From Rhynchopus sp. YZ270_cl-10 (lineage: Eukaryota), in contig OZ037838.1 of the NCBI GenBank assembly GCA_964035575.1, forward strand, positions 124,001 to 188,000: DNA of 64,000 nucleotides, given 5' to 3'. Below are positions 13,301 through 26,624 of the stretch, piece after piece (position 1 is the first letter of the stretch; the number at the start of each line of letters is the position of its first letter). The translations under genes were made by a program, and so were the position numbers. Below the pieces are notes generated by a model. The model had not been told where the DNA came from. It was given only the letters and a program-made list of their open reading frames with translations, and did no database searches.

Positions 13301-16300
13301 GTGAAATATTTCGAAAAATCCACCTGTGGTGAGGGGGTGTGTGTGTGTGGGTGTGTGGGTGTGTGGGGGTGGGTGTGTGGGGGTGGGTGTGGGTGGCGCA
13401 CGGCCTAAAGTAAAAACTAAAAAACTAAGGTTTTTTAGGATTTTTTTCTGAACTGGAGTGTGCGTACTCGGCAGTTTCACTGCCCAATACGCACATTCCA
13501 GTTCTGCCGCTCATGGAAACTGGCTGGCTGGTGGTGCCTGCCTTAAGTGGCTCTTCAGGCGAAAAGTGGCCTGTTGAAAAAGTAGTGTTTTTGTGGTAAA
13601 CGCCAGCTGGTCTGAAGAGTGATCTGACTATATTCCCCAGATATAACTGGTACTCAAAAAATGCATTAACGAAGGAATCGTGCACTTTTGACCACCACAC
13701 ATTACATGTGATTTTTTAGGTTTTTCAAGGCAAAAATGCTGATTTTGGCATAATGCCAAGTGTCATTTACTAAAGCAATTTTTGAACAGGACTGTCTTAA
13801 TATTTTATTTTCCGCCTCAATATCCCCAAACTGCACGATGTACCCAAAAAAGTCACTTTCTGATAAGCAAAAGTTTAGTGAAATATTTCGAAAAATCCAC
13901 CTGTGGTGAGGGGGTGTGTGTGTGTGGGTGTGTGGGTGTGTGGGGGTGGGTGTGTGGGGGTGGGTGTGGGTGGCGCACGGCCTAAAGTAAAAACTAAAAA
14001 ACTAAGGTTTTTTAGGATTTTTTTCTGAACTGGAGTGTGCGTACTCGGCAGTTTCACTGCCCAATACGCACATTCCAGTTCTGCCGCTCATGGAAACTGG
14101 CTGGCTGGTGGTGCCTGCCTTAAGTGGCTCTTCAGGCGAAAAGTGGCCTGTTGAAAAAGTAGTGTTTTTGTGGTAAACGCCAGCTGGTCTGAAGAGTGAT
14201 CTGACTATATTCCCCAGATATAACTGGTACTCAAAAAATGCATTAACGAAGGAATCGTGCACTTTTGACCACCACACATTACATGTGATTTTTTAGGTTT
14301 TTCAAGGCAAAAATGCTGATTTTGGCATAATGCCAAGTGTCATTTACTAAAGCAATTTTTGAACAGGACTGTCTTAATATTTTATTTTCCGCCTCAATAT
14401 CCCCAAACTGCACGATGTACCCAAAAAAGTCACTTTCTGATAAGCAAAAGTTTAGTGAAATATTTCGAAAAATCCACCTGTGGTGAGGGGGTGTGTGTGT
14501 GTGGGTGTGTGGGTGTGTGGGGGTGGGTGTGTGGGGGTGGGTGTGGGTGGCGCACGGCCTAAAGTAAAAACTAAAAAACTAAGGTTTTTTAGGATTTTTT
14601 TCTGAACTGGAGTGTGCGTACTCGGCAGTTTCACTGCCCAATACGCACATTCCAGTTCTGCCGCTCATGGAAACTGGCTGGCTGGTGGTGCCTGCCTTAA
14701 GTGGCTCTTCAGGCGAAAAGTGGCCTGTTGAAAAAGTAGTGTTTTTGTGGTAAACGCCAGCTGGTCTGAAGAGTGATCTGACTATATTCCCCAGATATAA
14801 CTGGTACTCAAAAAATGCATTAACGAAGGAATCGTGCACTTTTGACCACCACACATTACATGTGATTTTTTAGGTTTTTCAAGGCAAAAATGCTGATTTT
14901 GGCATAATGCCAAGTGTCATTTACTAAAGCAATTTTTGAACAGGACTGTCTTAATATTTTTTTTTCCGCCTCAATATCCCCAAACTGCACGATGTACCCA
15001 AAAAAGTCACTTTCTGATAAGCAAAAGTTTAGTGAAATATTTCGAAAAATCCACCTGTGGTGAGGGGGTGTGTGTGTGTGGGTGTGTGGGTGTGTGGGGG
15101 TGGGTGTGTGGGGGTGGGTGTGGGTGGCGCACGGCCTAAAGTAAAAACTAAAAAACTAAGGTTTTTTAGGATTTTTTTCTGAACTGGAGTGTGCGTACTC
15201 GGCAGTTTCACTGCCCAATACGCACATTCCAGTTCTGCCGCTCATGGAAACTGGCTGGCTGGTGGTGCCTGCCTTAAGTGGCTCTTCAGGCGAAAAGTGG
15301 CCTGTTGAAAAAGTAGTGTTTTTGTGGTAAACGCCAGCTGGTCTGAAGAGTGATCTGACTATATTCCCCAGATATAACTGGTACTCAAAAAATGCATTAA
15401 CGAAGGAATCGTGCACTTTTGACCACCACACATTACATGTGATTTTTTAGGTTTTTCAAGGCAAAAATGCTGATTTTGGCATAATGCCAAGTGTCATTTA
15501 CTAAAGCAATTTTTGAACAGGACTGTCTTAATATTTTTTTTTCCGCCTCAATATCCCCAAACTGCACGATGTACCCAAAAAAGTCACTTTCTGATAAGCA
15601 AAAGTTTAGTGAAATATTTCGAAAAATCCACCTGTGGTGAGGGGGTGTGTGTGTGTGGGTGTGTGGGTGTGTGGGGGTGGGTGTGTGGGGGTGGGTGTGG
15701 GTGGCGCACGGCCTAAAGTAAAAACTAAAAAACTAAGGTTTTTTAGGATTTTTTTCTGAACTGGAGTGTGCGTACTCGGCAGTTTCACTGCCCAATACGC
15801 ACATTCCAGTTCTGCCGCTCATGGAAACTGGCTGGCTGGTGGTGCCTGCCTTAAGTGGCTCTTCAGGCGAAAAGTGGCCTGTTGAAAAAGTAGTGTTTTT
15901 GTGGTAAACGCCAGCTGGTCTGAAGAGTGATCTGACTATATTCCCCAGATATAACTGGTACTCAAAAAATGCATTAACGAAGGAATCGTGCACTTTTGAC
16001 CACCACACATTACATGTGATTTTTTAGGTTTTTCAAGGCAAAAATGCTGATTTTGGCATAATGCCAAGTGTCATTTACTAAAGCAATTTTTGAACAGGAC
16101 TGTCTTAATATTTTTTTTTCCGCCTCAATATCCCCAAACTGCACGATGTACCCAAAAAAGTCACTTTCTGATAAGCAAAAGTTTAGTGAAATATTTCGAA
16201 AAATCCACCTGTGGTGAGGGGGTGTGTGTGTGTGGGTGTGTGGGTGTGTGGGGGTGGGTGTGTGGGGGTGGGTGTGGGTGGCGCACGGCCTAAAGTAAAA

Positions 16301-17480
16301 ACTAAAAAACTAAGGTTTTTTAGGATTTTTTTCTGAACTGGAGTGTGCGTACTCGGCAGTTTCACTGCCCAATACGCACATTCCAGTTCTGCCGCTCATG
16401 GAAACTGGCTGGCTGGTGGTGCCTGCCTTAAGTGGCTCTTCAGGCGAAAAGTGGCCTGTTGAAAAAGTAGTGTTTTTGTGGTAAACGCCAGCTGGTCTGA
16501 AGAGTGATCTGACTATATTCCCCAGATATAACTGGTACTCAAAAAATGCATTAACGAAGGAATCGTGCACTTTTGACCACCACACATTACATGTGATTTT
16601 TTAGGTTTTTCAAGGCAAAAATGCTGATTTTGGCATAATGCCAAGTGTCATTTACTAAAGCAATTTTTGAACAGGACTGTCTTAATATTTTATTTTCCGC
16701 CTCAATATCCCCAAACTGCACGATGTACCCAAAAAAGTCACTTTCTGATAAGCAAAAGTTTAGTGAAATATTTCGAAAAATCCACCTGTGGTGAGGGGGT
16801 GTGTGTGTGTGGGTGTGTGGGTGTGTGGGGGTGGGTGTGTGGGGGTGGGTGTGGGTGGCGCACGGCCTAAAGTAAAAACTAAAAAACTAAGGTTTTTTAG
16901 GATTTTTTTCTGAACTGGAGTGTGCGTACTCGGCAGTTTCACTGCCCAATACGCACATTCCAGTTCTGCCGCTCATGGAAACTGGCTGGCTGGTGGTGCC
17001 TGCCTTAAGTGGCTCTTCAGGCGAAAAGTGGCCTGTTGAAAAAGTAGTGTTTTTGTGGTAAACGCCAGCTGGTCTGAAGAGTGATCTGACTATATTCCCC
17101 AGATATAACTGGTACTCAAAAAATGCATTAACGAAGGAATCGTGCACTTTTGACCACCACACATTACATGTGATTTTTTAGGTTTTTCAAGGCAAAAATG
17201 CTGATTTTGGCATAATGCCAAGTGTCATTTACTAAAGCAATTTTTGAACAGGACTGTCTTAATATTTTTTTTTCCGCCTCAATATCCCCAAACTGCACGA
17301 TGTACCCAAAAAAGTCACTTTCTGATAAGCAAAAGTTTAGTGAAATATTTCGAAAAATCCACCTGTGGTGAGGGGGTGTGTGTGTGTGGGTGTGTGGGTG
17401 TGTGGGGGTGGGTGTGTGGGGGTGGGTGTGGGTGGCGCACGGCCTAAAGTAAAAACTAAAAAACTAAGGTTTTTTAGGAT
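4346..17480 (+). repeat. Homogeneous 577-bp satellite array, ~23 copies (family B)
   Basis: Exact 577 periodicity in the ORF track (5127, 5704, 6281 ... 17244); the first unit is 585 bp. Copies look identical except for a T/A variant in a T-run. About 460 bp is a diverged version of the right part of family A, including its right terminus. Confidence 0.98.
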
Positions 17481-18500
17481 TTATTTAAAAAAATCGATTT
17501 TTTGGTCAAATCCCCCTGGTGGTGAGGGGGTGTGTGTGTGTGTGTGTGTGGGTGTGTGTGGGTGTGCTGTGTGTGGGTGTGTAGTGTGTGTGGTGTGGGT
17601 GGCGCACATCTCTATAGTAAAGACTAAAAAACTAAGGTTTTTTAGGATTTTGGCATAATGCCAAGTGTCATTTACTAAAGCAATTTTTGAACAGGACTGT
17701 CTTAATATTTTTTTTTCCGCCTCAATATCCCCAAACTGCACGATGTACCCAAAAAAGTCACTTTCTGATAAGCAAAAGTTTAGTGAAATATTTCGAAAAA
17801 TCCACCTGTGGTGAGGGGGTGTGTGTGTGTGGGTGTGTGGGTGTGTGGGGGTGGGTGTGTGGGGGTGGGTGTGGGTGGCGCACGGCCTAAAGTAAAAACT
17901 AAAAAACTAAGGTTTTTTAGGATTTTTTTCTGAACTGGAGTGTGCGTACTCGGCAGTTTCACTGCCCAATACGCACATTCCAGTTCTGCCGCTCATGGAA
18001 ACTGGCTGGCTGGTGGTGCCTGCCTTAAGTGGCTCTTCAGGCGAAAAGTGGCCTGTTGAAAAAGTAGTGTTTTTGTGGTAAACGCCAGCTGGTCTGAAGA
18101 GTGATCTGACTATATTCCCCAGATATAACTGGTACTCAAAAAATGCATTAACGAAGGAATCGTGCACTTTTGACCACCACACATTACATGTGATTTTTTA
18201 GGTTTTTCAAGGCAAAAATGCTGATTTTGGCATAATGCCAAGTGTCATTTACTAAAGCAATTTTTGAACAGGACTGTCTTAATATTTTATTTTCCGCCTC
18301 AATATCCCCAAACTGCACGATGTACCCAAAAAAGTCACTTTCTGATAAGCAAAAGTTTAGTGAAATATTTCGAAAAATCCACCTGTGGTGAGGGGGTGTG
18401 TGTGTGTGGGTGTGTGGGTGTGTGGGGGTGGGTGTGTGGGGGTGGGTGTGGGTGGCGCACGGCCTAAAGTAAAAACTAAAAAACTAAGGTTTTTTAGGAT
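17481..18500 (+). repeat. Transition zone: a family-A right-end module inside family B, then ~1.5 more B units
   Basis: Junctions TAGGATTT|ATTTAAAAAAATCG (~17481) and TAGGATTT|TGGCATAATG (~17648). The last B unit joins the family-A left end at TAGGATTT|GGTGACGGG (~18502). Confidence 0.9.
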
Positions 18501-21500
18501 TTGGTGACGGGCTAAAAAACCTGTCGTTCTTGTGTGACACTTCCATGGAAACGTGATGAGGACCACACTTTTTTTACAGGTGGTTTTTTTTGTAAGCACC
18601 TCACGCACTGGGCAGGCGGTCAGCTATTCGCTTCCCGCGGGGCGTTCGCGTGCGCGCTTCGCGCGCCCGCTCACGGTAAGGCATCACAAAAAAACCTCAC
18701 TCATGCCTTCATGAACTGGCTTTTCAGGTGAAAAGTGCCCTGTTAAAAAGTGGTGTTTTTGTGGTACATGACAGATGGTCAAAAGAGTGATCTGACCATA
18801 TTCCCCAGGTATAACTGGTACTCAAAAAGTTCATTAACGAAGGAATCTTGCACTTTTGACCATCACATATTACATGTGTTTTTTCAGGTTTTTCAATGCA
18901 CTTTCCTGTACTGGGAAGCATGCCACAAGTGTCATGTTTTACAAGGCAAAAATGACCAAAAAAGCTGATTTGGTGACGGGCTAAAAAACCTGTCGTTCTG
19001 TGTGACACTTCCATGGAAACGTGATGAGGACCTCCCTTTTTTTACAGGTGGTTTTTTTTGTAAGCACCTCACACACTGGGCAGGCGGTCAGCTATTCGCT
19101 TCCCGCGGGGCGTTCGCGTGCGCGCTTCGCGCGCCCGCTCACGGTAACGTGTACAAAAAAACCTCACTCGTGCCTGTAAAGTGGCCTGTTAAAAAGTGGT
19201 GTTTTTGTCGTAAACGCCAGATGGTCAAAAGAGTGATCTGACCATCTTTCCCCAGGTATAACTGGTACTCAAAAAGTTCATTAACGAAGGAATCTTGCAC
19301 TTTTGACCATCACATATTACATGTGTTTTTTCAGGTTTTTCAATACACTTTTGTGTACTGGGAAGCATGCCACAAGTGTCATGTTTTACAAGGTAAAAAT
19401 GACCAAAAAAGCTGATTTTTGGCCGAATGCCACATGTCATTTGGCAGTCCATTTAAAAAAACATGACACTTGTGGCATGCTTCCCAGTACAGGAAAGTGC
19501 ATTGAAAAACCTGAAAAAACACATCTAATATGTGATGGTCAAAAGTGCAAGATTCCTTCGTTAATGAACTTTTTGAGTACCAGTTATACCTGGGGAATAT
19601 GGTCAGATCACTCTTTTGACCATCTGTCATGTACCACAAAAACACCACTTTTTAACAGGGCACTTTTCACCTGAAAAGCCAGTTCATGAAGGCACGAGTG
19701 AGGTTTTTTTGTACACGTTACCGTGAGCGGGCGCGCGAAGCGCGCACGCGAACGCCCCGCGGGAAGCGAATAGCTGACCGCCTGCCCAGTGTGTGAGGTG
19801 CTTACAAAAAAATCCCCCTGTAAAAAAAAGTGAGGTCCTCATCACGTTTCCATGGAAGTGTCACACAAGAACGACAGGTTTTTTAGCCCGTCACCAAATC
19901 GATTTTTTTAAATAAATAGTTGCTCATCCAAAAGTGAATTTTTTGGGCTTAACGTGTTGTTTGGGGGTATTGAGGCCCAAAAAAAAATTTTTTTTCAGTC
20001 GTGTTCAGAAATTGGACTGCCAAATGACATGTGGCATTCAGAAATCCTAAAAAACCTTAGTTTTTTAGTCTTTACTATAGAGATGTGCGCCACCCACACC
20101 ACACACACTACACACCCACACACAGCACACCCACACACACCCACACACACACACACACACACCCCCTCACCACCAGGGGGATTTGACCAAAAAATCGATT
20201 TTTTTAAATAAATAGTTGCTCATCCAAAAGTGAATTTTTTGGGCTTAACGTGTTGTTTGGGGGTATTGAGGCCCAAAAAAAAATTTTTTTTCAGTCGTGT
20301 TCAGAAATTGGACTGCCAAATGACATGTGGCATTCGGCCAAAAATCAGCTTTTTTGGTCATTTTTGCCTTGTAAAACATGACACTTGTGGCATGCTTCCC
20401 AGTGCAGGAAAGTGCATTGAAAAACCTGAAAAACACATGTAATATGTGATGGTCAAAAGTGCAAGATTCCTTCGTTAATGAACTTTTTGAGTACCAGTTA
20501 TACCTGGGGAATATGGTCAGATCACTCTTTTGACCATCTGGCGTTTACCACAAAAACACCACTTTTTACAGGCCACTTTACAGGCCAGTTCGTGAAGGCA
20601 CGAGTGAGGTTTTTTTGTACACGTTACCGTGAGCGGGCGCGCGAAGCGCGCACGCGAACGCCCCGCGGGAAGCGAATAGCTGACCGCCTGCCCAGTGTGT
20701 GAGGTCCTTACAAAAAAAACCACCTGTAAAAAAAGTGTGGTCCTCATCACGTTTCCATGGAAGTGTCACAAGAACGACAGGTTTTTTAGCCCGTCACCCA
20801 AATTGGACTGCCAAATGACATGTGGCATTCGGCCAAAAATCAGCTTTTTTGGTCATTTTTACCTTGTAAAACATGACACTTGTGGCATGCTTCCCAGTAC
20901 AGGAAAGTGCATTGAAAAACCTGAAAAAACACATGTAATATGTGATGGTCAAAAGTGCAAGATTCCTTCGTTAATGAACTTTTTGAGTACCAGTTATACC
21001 TGGGGAATATGGTCAGATCACTCTTTTGACCATCTGTCATGTACCACAAAAACACCACTTTTTAACAGGGCACTTTTCACCTGAAAAGCCAGTTCATGAA
21101 GGCATGAGTGAGGTTTTTTTGTGATGCGTTACCGTGAGCGGGCGCGCGAAGCGCGCACGCGAACGCCCCGCGGGAAGCGAATAGCTGACCGCCTGCCCAG
21201 TGCGTGAGGTGCTTACAAAAAAAACCACCTGTAAAAAAAGTGTGGTCCTCATCACGTTTCCATGGAAGTGTCACACAAGAACGACAGGTTTTTTAGCCCG
21301 TCACCAAATCGATTTTTTTAAATAAATAGTTGCTCATCCAAAAGTGAATTTTTTGGGCTTAACGTGTTGTTTGGGGGTATTGAGGCCCAAAAAAATTTTT
21401 TTTTTCAGTCGTGTTCAGAAATTGGACTGCCAAATGACATGTGGCATTCGGCCAAAAATCAGCTTTTTTGGTCATTTTTGCCTTGTAAAACATGACACTT

Positions 21501-24500
21501 GTGGCATGCTTCCCAGTACAGGAAAGTGCATTTAAAAACCTGAAAAAACACATGTAATATGTGATGGTCAAAAGTGCAAGATTCCTTCGTTAATGAATTT
21601 GGTGACGGGCTAAAAAACCTGTCGTTCTTGTGACACTTCCATGGAAACGTGATGACACTTTTTTTTCAGGTGGTTTTTTTTGTAAGCACCTCACGCACTG
21701 GGCAGGTGGTCCGCTATTCGCTCCCCACGGGGCGCTCGCGTGCGCGCTTCGCGCGCCCGCTCGCGGTAACGTGTACAAAAAAACTCTAGGGTGACTTTTT
21801 TGCACTATTGTGTGCTGGGAAGCATGCCACAAGTGTCATGTTTTTACAAGGTAAAAATGACCAAAAAAGCTGATTTTTGGCCTAATGCCACATGTCATTT
21901 GGCAGTCCATTTTTTGAACAGGACTGTCTTAAATTTTTTTTTTGGGCCTCAATGCCCCCAAACAACACGTTAAGCCCAAAAAATTCACTTTTGGATGAGC
22001 AACTATTTATTTAAAAAAATCGATTTTTTGGTCAAATCCCCTCTGGTGGTGAGGGGGTGTGTGTGTGTGTGTGTGTGGGTGTGTGTGGGTGTGCTGTGTG
22101 TGGGTGTGTAGTGTGTGTGGTGTGGGTGGCGCACATCTCTATAGTAAAGACTAAAAAACTAAGGTTTTTTAGGATTTTTTTTTGTGCCTCAATACCCCCA
22201 AACAACACGTTAAGCCCAAAAAATTCACTTTCTGATGAGCAACTATTTATTTAAAAAAATCGATTTTTTGGTCAAATCCCCTCTGGTGGTGAGGGGGTGT
22301 GTGTGTGTGTGTGTGTGGGTGTGTGTGGGTGTGCTGTGTGTGGGTGTGTAGTGTGTGTGGTGTGGGTGGCGCACATCTCTATAGTAAAGACTAAAAAACT
22401 AAGGTTTTTTAGGATTTGGTGACGGGCTAAAAAACCTGTCGTTCTGTGTGACACTTCCATGGAAACGTGATGAGGACCTCCCTTTTTTTACAGGTGGTTT
22501 TTTTTGTAAGCACCTCACACACTGGGCAGGCGGTCAGCTATTCGCTTCCCGCGGGGCGTTCGCGTGCGCGCTTCGCGCGCCCGCTCACGGTAACGTGTAC
22601 AAAAAAACCTCACTCGTGCCTGTAAAGTGGCCTGTTAAAAAGTGGTGTTTTTGTCGTAAACGCCAGATGGTCAAAAGAGTGATCTGACCATATTCCCCAG
22701 GTATAACTGGTACTCAAAAAGTTCATTAACGAAGGAATCTTGCGCTTTTGACCATCACATATTACATGTGTTTTTCAGGTTTTTCAATGCACTTTCCTGT
22801 ACTGGGAAGCATGCCACAAGTGTCATGTTTTACAAGGTAAAAATGACCAAAAAAGCTGATTTTTGGCCGAATGCCACATGTCATTTGGCAGTCCATTTTT
22901 TGAACAGGACTGTCTTAAATTTTTTTTTTGGGCCTCAATGCCCCCAAACAACACGTTAAGCCCAAAAAATTCACTTTTGGATGAGCAACTATTTATTTAA
23001 AAAAATCGATTTTTTGGTCAAATCCCCCTGGTGGTGAGGGGGTGTGTGTGTGTGTGTGTGTGGGTGTGTGTGGGTGTGCTGTGTGTGGGTGTGTAGTGTG
23101 TGTGGTGTGGGTGGCGCACATCTCTATAGTAAAGACTAAAAAACTAAGGTTTTTTAGGATTTTTTGGTCAAATCCCCTCTGGTGGTGAGGGGGTGTGTGT
23201 GTGTGTGTGTGTGGGTGTGTGTGGGTGTGCTGTGTGTGGGTGTGTAGTGTGTGTGGTGTGGGTGGCGCACATCTCTATAGTAAAGACTAAAAAACTAAGG
23301 TTTTTTAGGATTTGGTGACGGGCTAAAAAACCTGTCGTTCTGTGTGACACTTCCATGGAAACGTGATGAGGACCTCCCTTTTTTTACAGGTGGTTTTTTT
23401 TGTAAGCACCTCACACACTGGGCAGGCGGTCAGCTATTCGCTTCCCGCGGGGCGTTCGCGTGCGCGCTTCGCGCGCCCGCTCACGGTAACGTGTACAAAA
23501 AAACCTCACTCATGCCTGTAAAGTGGCCTGTTAAAAAGTGGTGTTTTTGTCGTAAACGCCAGATGGTCAAAAGAGTGATCTGACCATCTTTCCCCAGGTA
23601 TAACTGGTACTCAAAAAGTTCATTAACGAAGGAATCTTGCACTTTTGACCATCACATATTACATGTGTTTTTTCAGGTTTTTCAATACACTTTTGTGTAC
23701 TGGGAAGCATGCCACAAGTGTCATGTTTTACAAGGTAAAAATGACCAAAAAAGCTGATTTTTGGCCGAATGCCACATGTCATTTGGCAGTCCATTTTTTG
23801 AACAGGACTGTCTTAAATTTTTTTTTTGGGCCTCAATGCCCCCAAACAACACGTTAAGCCCAAAAAATTCACTTTTGGATGAGCAACTATTTATTTAAAA
23901 AAATCGATTTTTTGGTCAAATCCCCCTGGTGGTGAGGGGGTGTGTGTGTGTGTGTGTGTGGGTGTGTGTGGGTGTGCTGTGTGTGGGTGTGTAGTGTGTG
24001 TGGTGTGGGTGGCGCACATCTCTATAGTAAAGACTAAAAAACTAAGGTTTTTTAGGATTTTTTGGTCAAATCCCCTCTGGTGGTGAGGGGGTGTGTGTGT
24101 GTGTGTGTGTGGGTGTGTGTGGGTGTGCTGTGTGTGGGTGTGTAGTGTGTGTGGTGTGGGTGGCGCACATCTCTATAGTAAAGACTAAAAAACTAAGGTT
24201 TTTTAGGATTTGGTGACGGGCTAAAAAACCTGTCGTTCTGTGTGACACTTCCATGGAAACGTGATGAGGACCTCCCTTTTTTTACAGGTGGTTTTTTTTG
24301 TAAGCACCTCACACACTGGGCAGGCGGTCAGCTATTCGCTTCCCGCGGGGCGTTCGCGTGCGCGCTTCGCGCGCCCGCTCACGGTAACGTGTACAAAAAA
24401 ACCTCACTCGTGCCTGTAAAGTGGCCTGTTAAAAAGTGGTGTTTTTGTCGTAAACGCCAGATGGTCAAAAGAGTGATCTGACCATCTTTCCCCAGGTATA

Positions 24501-26589
24501 ACTGGTACTCAAAAAGTTCATTAACGAAGGAATCTTGCACTTTTGACCATCACATATTACATGTGTTTTTTCAGGTTTTTCAATACACTTTTGTGTACTG
24601 GGAAGCATGCCACAAGTGTCATGTTTTACAAGGTAAAAATGACCAAAAAAGCTGATTTTTGGCCGAATGCCACATGTCATTTGGCAGTCCATTTTTTGAA
24701 CAGGACTGTCTTAAATTTTTTTTTTGGGCCTCAATGCCCCCAAACAACACGTTAAGCCCAAAAAATTCACTTTTGGATGAGCAACTATTTATTTAAAAAA
24801 ATCGATTTTTTGGTCAAATCCCCCTGGTGGTGAGGGGGTGTGTGTGTGTGTGTGTGTGGGTGTGTGTGGGTGTGCTGTGTGTGGGTGTGTAGTGTGTGTG
24901 GTGTGGGTGGCGCACATCTCTATAGTAAAGACTAAAAAACTAAGGTTTTTTAGGATTTTTTGGTCAAATCCCCTCTGGTGGTGAGGGGGTGTGTGTGTGT
25001 GTGTGTGTGGGTGTGTGTGGGTGTGCTGTGTGTGGGTGTGTAGTGTGTGTGGTGTGGGTGGCGCACATCTCTATAGTAAAGACTAAAAAACTAAGGTTTT
25101 TTAGGATTTGGTGACGGGCTAAAAAACCTGTCGTTCTGTGTGACACTTCCATGGAAACGTGATGAGGACCTCCCTTTTTTTACAGGTGGTTTTTTTTGTA
25201 AGCACCTCACACACTGGGCAGGCGGTCAGCTATTCGCTTCCCGCGGGGCGTTCGCGTGCGCGCTTCGCGCGCCCGCTCACGGTAACGTGTACAAAAAAAC
25301 CTCACTCGTGCCTGTAAAGTGGCCTGTTAAAAAGTGGTGTTTTTGTCGTAAACGCCAGATGGTCAAAAGAGTGATCTGACCATCTTTCCCCAGGTATAAC
25401 TGGTACTCAAAAAGTTCATTAACGAAAGAATCTTGCACTTTTGACCATCACATATTAGATGTGTTTTTTCAGGTTTTTCAATGCACTTTCCTGTACTGGG
25501 AAGCATGCCACAAGTGTCATGTTTTACAAGGTAAAAATGACCAAAAAAGCTGATTTTTGGCCGAATGCCACATGTCATTTGGCAGTCCATTTTCTGAACA
25601 CGACTGAAAAAAAATTTTTTTTTGGGCCTCAATACCCCCAAACAACACGTTAAGCCCAAAAAATTCACTTTCTGATGAGCAACTATATATTTAAAAAAAT
25701 CGATTTTTTGGTCAAATCCCCTCTGGTGGTGAGGGGGTGTGTGTGTGTGTGTGTGTGGGTGTGTGTGGGTGTGCTGTGTGTGGGTGTGTAGTGTGTGTGG
25801 TGTGGGTGGCGCACATCTCTATAGTAAAGACTAAAAAACTAAGGTTTTTTAGGATTTTTTTTTGGGCCTCAATACCCCCAAACAACACGTTAAGCCCAAA
25901 AAATTCACTTTTGGATGAGCAACTATTTATTTAAAAAAATCGATTTGGTGACGGGCTAAAAAACCTGTCGTTCTTGTGTGACACCTCGGAAACGTGATGA
26001 GGACCACACTTTTTTTAGAGGTGGTTTTTTTTGTAAGAACCTCACACACTGGGCAGGCGGTCAGCTATTCGCTTCCCGCGGGGCGTTCGCGTGCGCGCTT
26101 CGCGCGCCCGCTCACGGTAACGTGTACAAAAAAACTTCACTTGTGCCTTCTTGAACTGGCTTTTCCGGTGAAAAGTGCCTGTTGAAAAAGTGGTGTTTTT
26201 GTGGTAAACGCCAGATGGTCAAAAGAGTGATCTGACCATATTCCCCAGGTATAACTGGTACTCAAAAAGTTCATTAACGAAGGAATCGTGCACTTTTGAC
26301 CATCACATATTAGATGTGTTTTTTCAGGTTTTTCAATGCACTTTCCTGTGCTGGGAAGCATGCCACAAGTGTCATGTTTTACAAGGTAAAAATGACCAAA
26401 AAAGCTGATTTTTGGCCGAATGCCACATGTCATTTGGCAGTCCATTTTTTGAACAGGACTGTCTTAAATTTTTTTTTTGGGCCTCAATGCCCCCAAACAA
26501 CACGTTAAGCCCAAAAAATTCACTTTTGGAAGAGCAACTATTTATTTAAAAAAATCGATTTTTTGGTCAAATCCCCTCTGGTGGTGAGG

Positions 26590-26624
<35 letters not shown>

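Noticed and set aside
4346..17480. CRISPR array
   Set aside because: The units are 577-bp identical monomers with no unique spacers, there are no cas genes, and the context is eukaryotic.
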